Positions 28,951 to 36,349 of a DNA stretch of 64,000 nt are shown here, piece after piece. The position numbers and the translations under genes are program-made. Below the pieces are notes generated by a model. That model saw only the letters and a list, made by a program, of their open reading frames with translations. It was not told where the DNA came from and did no database searches. This DNA comes from an uncultured Myxococcales bacterium (GTDB taxonomy: Bacteria > Myxococcota_A > UBA9042): NCBI GenBank assembly GCA_903850505.1, contig CAINLT010000173.1, forward strand, positions 7,120 through 71,119. Direction: 5' to 3'. Each line of letters opens with the position of its first letter. Position 1 is the first letter of the stretch.

Positions 28951-30513
28951 TCACAGTGGGGCGCGTTCCTGCAGGAAGTGCTCAAGCTGGCGGTTCGTCG
29001 TCCAACGGCGGAACATTTCCATGTCCTTCTCGTCGGCGTTCTCCAGCTTGTACATCAGGTAGTCGAAGATCGACTTGTGCTTCTTGCACCACACGGAATC
29101 CCGCATGTGGCCGTGCAGCGAGCCTTGGGTCTTGTAGTTGTACTCGACCTGCTGGCCGCACCACGGCTTGTACACGCAGCTCACGCAATCCGGCTGCGCG
29201 TCGTTCAAGCCCGCCATCACAATCGCGCGGGTCTGCGCGTTGGTCATCAGCTGGTGGTATGTGTCGTCGACCGTGCCAATCTTGAACATCTCATCGCCCA
29301 TCGCGGCGACGAAGCGACCTTCATCGCTCGAGTAGACGTTGCCGTCCGGCGCGTAGCCCAGCTGGCCGATGCATGCGCCACCCGGCGTCCGCAGGTCCAG
29401 GTAGTTGGGCTCCTGATCCGCGAGGATCTTGTTCAACATGATCGACGCGTGCCGCTCCATCACCTGCGTGCCGTTGCGGTTCAGCTCGATGATGTAGTCC
29501 ACGGCGTGGGCGTAGAACTCGAGGAAGTCGTCCATCGAGTAGCCCAGCGTCTTGGCCGTGCGCTCCGCAAACCCGAACGGGTCGAGCTTGCGCAGGAACA
29601 CCGCCTTGCAGCCGGCTTCCACGTACGTGTCGACGATTTCTTTCCACCGATGCAGGCTCGGCTTGGTGATCGTTGGCAGCGCTTCCACGCGGTACAGGTT
29701 GGTGTCGAGGCCAAGCTCGCCGTAGCGCGCGTTGATCCGCTTCATCCAGTACATCAGGGTTTCCTGACTGTTGCCGTCCTTGAAGATGCGGATCTTGTTG
29801 TGCAAATCCGCCGGACCGTCGAGGCTCGTGCAGATCTGCACTTTGCGATCGAGCAGGTACTCCATCTTCTCGTCGTCCATCAGCGACAGATTCGTCACCA
29901 GGGCGAACGACAGCGCCTTGTTGGCCAAGGCGTTCTTCTGCCGCGCGTACTCGACGATGTGCTGCAGCACTTCCCAGTTCGCGGTGGGCTCGCCGCCCTG
30001 GAACTCGATGGTGATGCCCGGGCTCGTCGTCTGGAACACGAGGTCGACCGCGCGCTCCGCCGTCTCGATCGACATGTCCGTGTCTTTGCGGTCCATGCCG
30101 ACGATCGAGCTGTGGCAGTACTGGCAACCGTGGTTGCAGCGATGCGTCAGCACAAACGCGTGCAGCGTCGGGCCGTAGAACAGGTATTGCTTCTTGCGTT
30201 TCCAGCGCTCCGCCTGCTCCGCGACGTTGATTTCCTTGGCGATGAAATTGCGCGCCTTGAGCTTCTCGTACAGCGGCTCACCCGGCAGGGGCTTGCCCTC
30301 GATGAAGTCGCGGAACTCGTCCTGCGTCAGCAGGTCCCAATCGCCCATGTCATTGGAAATCAGGATCTTCTTGCCGAGCTGCCGCTGGTTGAACGGCACC
30401 GCAAACTCAGGTTTCCAGCGGCCCGGGCTGGAAATCTTCGTCAAATCAACCTGTTTGCCTTTGGGCAGCAGATCGTGCTTCTGGCTTTTGGTCTGAAGCG
30501 TGGTCGCTGTCAT
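28951..30513 (-). CDS. Radical SAM/SPASM-domain maturase, HxsB-like
   Basis: CNHGCQYC (CxxxCxxC) at residues 126-133, preceded by an N-terminal domain of about 120 aa. The C-terminal SPASM-type region contains GGACIGQLGY...DCVSCVYKPWCGQQ. An AGGAG RBS lies upstream of ATG 30513. Confidence 0.85.
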   Translation of the reverse strand: MTATTLQTKSQKHDLLPKGKQVDLTKISSPGRWKPEFAVPFNQRQLGKKILISNDMGDWDLLTQDEFRDFIEGKPLPGEPLYEKLKARNFIAKEINVAEQAERWKRKKQYLFYGPTLHAFVLTHRCNHGCQYCHSSIVGMDRKDTDMSIETAERAVDLVFQTTSPGITIEFQGGEPTANWEVLQHIVEYARQKNALANKALSFALVTNLSLMDDEKMEYLLDRKVQICTSLDGPADLHNKIRIFKDGNSQETLMYWMKRINARYGELGLDTNLYRVEALPTITKPSLHRWKEIVDTYVEAGCKAVFLRKLDPFGFAERTAKTLGYSMDDFLEFYAHAVDYIIELNRNGTQVMERHASIMLNKILADQEPNYLDLRTPGGACIGQLGYAPDGNVYSSDEGRFVAAMGDEMFKIGTVDDTYHQLMTNAQTRAIVMAGLNDAQPDCVSCVYKPWCGQQVEYNYKTQGSLHGHMRDSVWCKKHKSIFDYLMYKLENADEKDMEMFRRWTTNRQLEHFLQERAPL

Positions 30514-30543
30514 ACGTGTTGGCTCCTGTAGCTGCTTGCGCGC

Positions 30544-30783
30544 CTAGGCTTTCTTGGTTTTCTTGCGACCGGCCGTGTTGGCCAGCGCGAAGTTGCAGAA
30601 CTCGGCCACCACGTCGCCATCGACGTCCGGATCGATGTCCTTGATGTCCACGGCGTAGTAGTCGCCATCGCGCTTGATGGTGAACGCGGCAAAATCGGCA
30701 AACGTGGTCGCCGCATCCTTCACCGCCTGCTGCATGTACAGCGTGCGGTGCAACTTGACCGACTGGTGTGTGACATGGCTCAT
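30544..30783 (-). CDS. HxsD-like small protein (79 aa), tentative
   Basis: ATG 30783 has an AGGAG RBS 9 nt upstream. It aligns by eye with the neighbouring 148-aa protein (LY....V..AA..F.D.A, EF.N..LA) and has a Lys-rich C-terminus, GRKKTKKA. Confidence 0.55.
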   Translation of the reverse strand: MSHVTHQSVKLHRTLYMQQAVKDAATTFADFAAFTIKRDGDYYAVDIKDIDPDVDGDVVAEFCNFALANTAGRKKTKKA

Positions 30784-30842
30784 GCGAAGAACTCCTGAAA
30801 AAAGTCCGAACCGTTTGAAAACGCGGGCATTTGTTGGACGGG

Positions 30843-31289
30843 TCAGGCGTCTTTCTTCTTCTTGAACTTGTCTTCCCACGGCACGGCGATCCCCAGCGGA
30901 TCGTCGAGGAAGTCCATCCCGTCGTCGCCCGCCGCGAGGAAGTCGGTCGGCAGCGTGCCGCCAGCCGCGCCCGCAATCGCCTGGCTCGTGATGTCTTCGA
31001 TGATCTTCTGGTTGGCCTTCACGACCTTGCGACGCAGCGCCTGAGCGAGCAGCTCGTTCTCGAACTCACCGGACATCGCCGTCAGCTGCGCTTCGGTCAG
31101 CTCGCCTTTGCCGCGGAGATGCACTTCATAGCGCGGTCCGGCGCGGTCAAGCAGCACGTACGCGCGGTCGAGAAAGACGTACGCGGCGGCATACAGCACG
31201 TCAGCCGGGTACAAGCCGATGTCGAGCGACAGCGTCATCGTGTGGGTTTTCGGGTCGAGTTTTTCAATCTGAGGGTGGCCCATGCTCAT
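30843..31289 (-). CDS. HxsD-like protein (148 aa), tentative
   Basis: The core LYPADVLYAAAYVFLDRAYVLL....YEVHL and the segment EFENELLAQALRRK recall the HxsD family motif LLNDYxLRE (TIGR03976). It ends in an acidic then Lys-rich tail, DDGMDFLDDPLGIAVPWEDKFKKKKDA. Confidence 0.6.
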   Translation of the reverse strand: MSMGHPQIEKLDPKTHTMTLSLDIGLYPADVLYAAAYVFLDRAYVLLDRAGPRYEVHLRGKGELTEAQLTAMSGEFENELLAQALRRKVVKANQKIIEDITSQAIAGAAGGTLPTDFLAAGDDGMDFLDDPLGIAVPWEDKFKKKKDA

Positions 31290-31376
31290 GTACTCCAGTA
31301 GTGCAAAATGCCCCGGATGCGGGAGGGCGATCGCTGATTCGGCGGGGGTCGGCCGAAAATGCGCGCGCCCCAGCTT

Positions 31377-32645
31377 CTACTCTTGTCCGGATCGAACTTC
31401 AAGGCGCGTCGCCGGCACCCGTCCGCTCGCGATCGGCTCTGGGGGCACGACGAGTCCCGTATCCACATCGTCCTCATCATCCGACGGATGCCAGCCTGCC
31501 GCGTCGGGCGTCCAGTCGCGCGCCGTGTGATCGGTCTTGCGCTTGGGGTCCATCGCCATTTCTGTCAGCCGTTCGCCGGTCGGCGCCTGCACCTTGCCCG
31601 GGCGGGACACTTCACCGCCCGCGACGCTCTGCTGCGTCCCCGATTTGCCCTGATGCGCCGCCGGGATTGCCGCCAGGTTCTTGAACTTGGCCATCCGCCA
31701 CGCCGGATCCGACTGCAAATCCTGGACGATGCGCGAGATGATCGGCTTGGGATCCTGGAAGATCGGTGACAGCTCCGCGGGATCGTAGGCGTTGCCGCGG
31801 TCAAACAGCCCGCCGCAAATGGACCGCAGGCTGCATGAATTGCACACGTCCGCGTACAGGTGGCCCCATTCGGTCTGGCGGACCGTGCCCTTGTTGTCCA
31901 GGAAGTGGACGATGCGCTCCTCGCTCTTGACGATCTTGCGCGTCTCGGTCGAGCAGTGGGCGAATTCCGTCATGTAGCACAGCGGCACGCGCTCGACGCG
32001 GAACGACCGCCCCGTCTCCGCCAGCATCCGCATCGCCTTCGACAAACTGACTTCGATGTCCTGGAGGCGCGCGGCAAAGTACTGGTTGCTCGTCGCGCGA
32101 CCGATCGACGGATCCAGGTTGTTCCACACGAAGTGCTGGATGAACGGGAAGTTCTTGATGAACCACTCAATGTTGCCGTGCAAGTGGTCGCAATTGTAGC
32201 GGGTAATGACCGTGTTGATGTTGACGGTGATGTTGGTCTTGCCCAGGTTGGTCAGCGCCTTCTCCGCCCAATCCAGCGAGCCGGGCGTGCCGGTCAGGAA
32301 ATCTTCCAGCTTGTGCTTGTGGCTGTGGATCGACACGTGGACGTGCTGCAGCCCGGCGTCGGCCAGCGACTTGCAGTAGTCCCAATCGGCGAGCTTCTGG
32401 CCGTTCGTGATCATGCGCACATGCAGGCCGTTGGCGCGCGCGTGGGCGATGGCTTCCGGCAGGATCGGCGAAAGCGTCGGCTCGCCGCCGGTCATGATGA
32501 CGCCAAAGTAGTCGCGGCTGACAAAGTCGTCGACGATCTGGTGGATCTGCTCCAGGTTGTGGAAGAACGGCGTCTCAGGATTGGAGCAAAAGCCGCAATT
32601 CTGGTTGCAGTGCCGGACCATCTGGATGTAGCCGATGTTGGCCAT
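31377..32645 (-). CDS. Radical SAM protein (in HxsC-like position; long low-complexity C-terminal tail)
   Basis: MANIGYIQMVRHCNQNCGFC (CxxxCxxC at residues 13-20), IMTGGEPT, VSIHSHKHKLEDFLTGTPGS and a C-terminal Cys motif DVCNSCSLRSICGG. ATG 32645 is preferred to 32735. Confidence 0.85.
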   Translation of the reverse strand: MANIGYIQMVRHCNQNCGFCSNPETPFFHNLEQIHQIVDDFVSRDYFGVIMTGGEPTLSPILPEAIAHARANGLHVRMITNGQKLADWDYCKSLADAGLQHVHVSIHSHKHKLEDFLTGTPGSLDWAEKALTNLGKTNITVNINTVITRYNCDHLHGNIEWFIKNFPFIQHFVWNNLDPSIGRATSNQYFAARLQDIEVSLSKAMRMLAETGRSFRVERVPLCYMTEFAHCSTETRKIVKSEERIVHFLDNKGTVRQTEWGHLYADVCNSCSLRSICGGLFDRGNAYDPAELSPIFQDPKPIISRIVQDLQSDPAWRMAKFKNLAAIPAAHQGKSGTQQSVAGGEVSRPGKVQAPTGERLTEMAMDPKRKTDHTARDWTPDAAGWHPSDDEDDVDTGLVVPPEPIASGRVPATRLEVRSGQE

Positions 32646-32837
32646 TGAACGACTCCGTGGGCGCAGGTTCGGGGGAACGGGCGCGAACAGGCAGTGTGCC
32701 GGATTTTTTGGCCGACTGCACGCTTCGTCCGCCAACCCGCTGTTTTGCCGCTGATGTTGAGCGGCGGCTGGCGGTCTTGACCGCGGCTCGCCCGGAGGCG
32801 CAGACTTTTTCCAGCCTCACTTGGCAGGAGATGGCCC

Positions 32838-33290
32838 ATGTTTCCCACGCGCCCGAGTCCCCACCGCCGACCTGAACACGCCCGTAAGCCGCACCTGCTG
32901 GCGTGGCTGTGCGTGTTCGCCTCGGCCAGCGCGCTGACGTCGTGCCGCAATGAGCCGACCATCTCGCAGCCCAACGCGGTTGCGCCCGCCGCGGCAGCCA
33001 AACGCCCGCCGCAACCGGCACCGCAACTCATGGACCAAACGCTCACGCGCGCGCACCTGCGACCGATGCGGGACTGCTTTCACGGCCTGGGCTACCCGAC
33101 GGAGCGGCCGATGAGCCTCGGCATTTCGATTGAGACCAAGGGCGACGCGCTGGCGACGACCGTGTTCGCGATGACCGATGTGCAGGTGCCCGAAGGCGTG
33201 GCGAAGTGCCTCAAACAACGCGTTCCGGCGCAAGGGTGGCCGCCGGGCGTGTATTTTGCCGATTGGCCCAACGATGACAGCTGGCCGTAG
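32838..33290 (+). CDS. Hypothetical lipoprotein with TonB/AgmX-like C-terminal domain (tentative)
   Basis: Lipobox FASASALTSC and an AGGAG RBS. The C-terminal pattern R.MRDCF......P..L.I.IE..G......F...DV..P.GV..CL is like small periplasmic TonB-C/AgmX-type domains. Confidence 0.6.
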   Translation: MFPTRPSPHRRPEHARKPHLLAWLCVFASASALTSCRNEPTISQPNAVAPAAAAKRPPQPAPQLMDQTLTRAHLRPMRDCFHGLGYPTERPMSLGISIETKGDALATTVFAMTDVQVPEGVAKCLKQRVPAQGWPPGVYFADWPNDDSWP

Positions 33291-33293
33291 CGG

Positions 33294-35246
33294 CTAGCCC
33301 TCGCGGCCGATGCCCAGTTCGCCGATCGCCTTGGGCTTGTGCAGGCCAACGGTGCGCTGCTGTTCGCGCTTGGTGCGCTGGGCGTTCGCGTCGGCCAACT
33401 GCTCCGTCAGGCGGTCAAAGCTCGCGGCGTCGGGCAGCGGCTTGCCGGCTTCATCGAGCGGCGTCTGGATGGCGAAACCGTGGCTGCGCAGGTAGTTGAT
33501 GTGCGTGCCCTGGCACGTCTCAAATTGCGAGCACCGGCCGCAGCGGATCGACTTGCTGTAGTACGCGTGTTCCACGTAATGGCCGACGTACTTGTCCAGG
33601 TTGAGAAAGCCCGCGCCGTCCAGCAGCGTCGCGTCCAGCAGCTTGATGTCGCCCGGCTCGGTCTCCGCGCCCGCCACGCAGCGCGTCACGTTGCGCATGC
33701 GCAGGCCAGCCTGTGCCAGCTTGCGGAGCGTCGCCGGATCCGGATCTTCCGCCTGCGACTCGGACAGGTATTCGTGCGTCTTGAGCGTCGCGATGAGCCG
33801 CGTGCCCCACGCTTTGAGCGTCGCCGGTCGCGCCAGCAGCCACGAGGCCAGCTCGCGCGTCAGCATCACTTCCACTTCAGTCGGCGCCGGAATCGCATGC
33901 GCGCCCACCAGATAACGCGCCGCGTCGTCCGTCGTCGTCACCACAAAGCGCTTGATCTCGCGCGGGGGATTCTTCAGCAAGGGCTGGGGATCCGCGCCCG
34001 CGTCCAACTGCAGCGTCACGTCGGCAGCCGGATGGACCGCGCGCGCCAGCGCCGCCTTCGCGTCTTCCGCATCGCGCGCCGTCAGCCACAGCCGCTGCGG
34101 CTGTTGCGCTTCGAACTTGGCTTTCGCTTCCGTGCCCTGCCAGACGTGCTGGCTGTCCACACGCACCAGCGGGAACGTGTGGGATTCCAGCATCTCCCGG
34201 TACGGGAACATCGTGCTGCGGCACGGGCCGTCGAGGAAGCAGTAGTCGCAGCGCTCGCCCCAGCAGTCGGGCTTGAGGCCTTTGCGCAGGAAGCCTTCAA
34301 AATTGTGGCGGCCGCCGTCGAATTCGCTCAGCAGCTTGTGCGGATCCTGAATGAGCCGCTCAAAACCTTCCAGGTACATGACCGGCAGGCGATTGGTCCA
34401 CAGGTACACGCCCTCGCGGTCGGCGAGCTTGAACGCGCGGCGGAAGTACGGCACGGCGTCGTTCAGGTCAAAGAACAGCGAGTGGCGGTGCTCGTCAAAG
34501 CCGCGGCCAAACGGGATGATGTGCAGGAGGTCAAACTCGCGGATGCCGAGGTTGTAGTAGTACTCCAGGATCTCAGGCAGCTGCTTGTAGTTCTGCTTGT
34601 TGATGACCACGTCGATGTTGACGACGACCTTGCCGGTCTCCCACAGGTTCTGGATGCCCTTGATGCCGGTAACGAACGCGCCGGGCGTGCCAGTCAGCTT
34701 GTCGTGGATGTGCGCGGTGTGGCCGTGCATGGAAACGGTGGCCTCGTTCAGGCCGGCTTCCGCGCACGCGTTGGCGAAGCGCTTGTAGCTGAACATCATG
34801 CCGTTGGTGATCGTCTGGATCCAGTCGTAGCCAAGCTGCTTGCCGTAGCGGATCAGCTCCACGTACTGCGGATGCACGCTGGCCTCGCCGCCAGACAGGA
34901 TGAGCCGTTCGCGGCCCATGCGCCGACCCAGCGCGATGTAGGCTTTGAGCGACTCGACGTCGATCATCGTGCCGTCCTGGTTCATCGAGTCCAGGCAGAA
35001 TGTACAGCGCTGGTTGCAGAGCCGCGTCACACGCACCCAGTGGCGCTTGTGCTTCATCGCGGCTTCCTTGACCGCGTCTTTGTTCTCGCCATCGCCGGAC
35101 GGCAGCGCTTCCATGCGCGTGCCTTCAGCCAACTCCGTCGCGCGCAATGCCTCGGCTTCGTCGCGATTCAGGATGCCGTCGCGCACCAGCTTGTCGATGT
35201 CAATTTCAAGGGTCGTCGCGTCGCCGCGGATCTCGTTGTCAGGCAT
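33294..35246 (-). CDS. Radical SAM protein, 650 aa, with extended C-terminal region
   Basis: CNQRCTFC at residues 77-84, ILSGGEAS and VSMHGHTAHIHDKLTGTPGAF. A first auxiliary Cys motif CWGERCDYCFLDGPC and a terminal CGRCSQFETCQG are separated by about 230 aa. Confidence 0.85.
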   Translation of the reverse strand: MPDNEIRGDATTLEIDIDKLVRDGILNRDEAEALRATELAEGTRMEALPSGDGENKDAVKEAAMKHKRHWVRVTRLCNQRCTFCLDSMNQDGTMIDVESLKAYIALGRRMGRERLILSGGEASVHPQYVELIRYGKQLGYDWIQTITNGMMFSYKRFANACAEAGLNEATVSMHGHTAHIHDKLTGTPGAFVTGIKGIQNLWETGKVVVNIDVVINKQNYKQLPEILEYYYNLGIREFDLLHIIPFGRGFDEHRHSLFFDLNDAVPYFRRAFKLADREGVYLWTNRLPVMYLEGFERLIQDPHKLLSEFDGGRHNFEGFLRKGLKPDCWGERCDYCFLDGPCRSTMFPYREMLESHTFPLVRVDSQHVWQGTEAKAKFEAQQPQRLWLTARDAEDAKAALARAVHPAADVTLQLDAGADPQPLLKNPPREIKRFVVTTTDDAARYLVGAHAIPAPTEVEVMLTRELASWLLARPATLKAWGTRLIATLKTHEYLSESQAEDPDPATLRKLAQAGLRMRNVTRCVAGAETEPGDIKLLDATLLDGAGFLNLDKYVGHYVEHAYYSKSIRCGRCSQFETCQGTHINYLRSHGFAIQTPLDEAGKPLPDAASFDRLTEQLADANAQRTKREQQRTVGLHKPKAIGELGIGREG

Positions 35247-35363
35247 AAATGGCTCGCTTGCGAACGAATGGCTAAGGCTGACGACACCTGGGGGGACGGG
35301 CTGGTCGCGCCTAGCAGTTTGGCGGTTTTGCCCCGTATCGCAAGCGGTCAGCGAAAAGTGCTG

Positions 35364-36245
35364 CTATTTCCGGGTGCTCGCGGTCGGCGGGGCGTCGGTC
35401 CGCGCGGTGATGCCGGCCCAGCCAAAGCGCTGCGCCGTTGCAGTCAGCAGCCCCGGGCAACCCGCGCGCCACGTGCACGCGTCGCACTGTGGGCCGTGTT
35501 CGCGCTCGTGTTTGGCCGCTCCTTCCGCAACGACGGATACCGCGGCCTCCTTGGCTGCATCCGCGGCGCGGTCGCCCAGCAGGCACGCCGGCACATCGAG
35601 CACACTGCTGCGCTTCTTGGCCGCCGCGGTCATCTGCAGCGCCTGGCGCAGGTAGGGCGCGGCCATCTCCAGCGACGGCAGCAGCGGCTGCCCCACGCGA
35701 TCCGGCCCGGGCAGGGCGACAAACCGGAACGCGGCCACGTCCAGCGCCAGCGACTTCTGGACCAGCAGCGGCAGCGTGCGGAACGTCGGCCGCAGGATCG
35801 GCGCGATGACGGCAGTCTTGCCGCCCAGCGCGCGCACCCGCTTCAGGCCGGCAATCACGCGCTGAAAGTGGCCGGGCTGGCCGGTCACCCAGTCGTGCGC
35901 CTCCGCGGAATCGCCGTAAAGGGGCAGCGCCACCGTCGTGACACCGGCGCGCAGCACCGCTTCCACTACGCCGGGACGCGCGAGCATCAAGCCGGACGTC
36001 CACAGTTCGACGGCCTTGGCGGTCTGCCGCGCGTGTTGCAGCAGGTCCAGCGCCTCGGGTCGGGAAAGCAGATCGCCGTCGCGCAGCACGATCTCCGCCT
36101 GACCCGCGGCGGCGTCGATGGCTGTCGCCACTGCCGACGCTGTCGCGAGCGCTTCGACGCGCCCAGGCGCATCGCTCCCGCGGCACAAAGGGCACGCCGC
36201 GGAAATAAACGGATGCGGACAGGAACTACCAGTCAGGACGTGCAC
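35364..36245 (-). CDS. Radical-SAM-fold paralogue with non-canonical cluster motif (Cx9Cx2C)
   Basis: GTG 36245 has a GGAGG RBS 5 nt upstream. ATG 36317 would overlap lspA. It reads VHVLTGSSCPHPFISAACPLC and shares VALPLYGDSAEAHDWVTGQPGHF and a terminal CDACTWRAGCPG with the two neighbouring radical SAM proteins. Confidence 0.65.
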   Translation of the reverse strand: MHVLTGSSCPHPFISAACPLCRGSDAPGRVEALATASAVATAIDAAAGQAEIVLRDGDLLSRPEALDLLQHARQTAKAVELWTSGLMLARPGVVEAVLRAGVTTVALPLYGDSAEAHDWVTGQPGHFQRVIAGLKRVRALGGKTAVIAPILRPTFRTLPLLVQKSLALDVAAFRFVALPGPDRVGQPLLPSLEMAAPYLRQALQMTAAAKKRSSVLDVPACLLGDRAADAAKEAAVSVVAEGAAKHEREHGPQCDACTWRAGCPGLLTATAQRFGWAGITARTDAPPTASTRK

Positions 36246-36349
36246 AGGAACCTCCGGGGTCAGAAGCGTAGGGCCCGCGGTCGGCGGTTGCAACGTTGAC
36301 GTGGATCGCCCGGCCACCTATTGTGCGCAACCCGATTGCCGGAGACGCC

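Noticed and set aside
28408-36299. Plus-strand ORFs 28408-30531 (707 aa) and 33339-36299 (986 aa) opposite the radical SAM genes.
   Set aside because: The minus-strand products carry CxxxCxxC and SPASM motifs and have RBSs. The plus-strand translations are shadow-like.
36246-36317. Upstream ATG 36317 as the start of the degenerate radical SAM gene.
   Set aside because: It would run to within about 30 nt of the divergent lspA start, inside that gene's promoter region. GTG 36245 has a perfect GGAGG RBS at 5-nt spacing.
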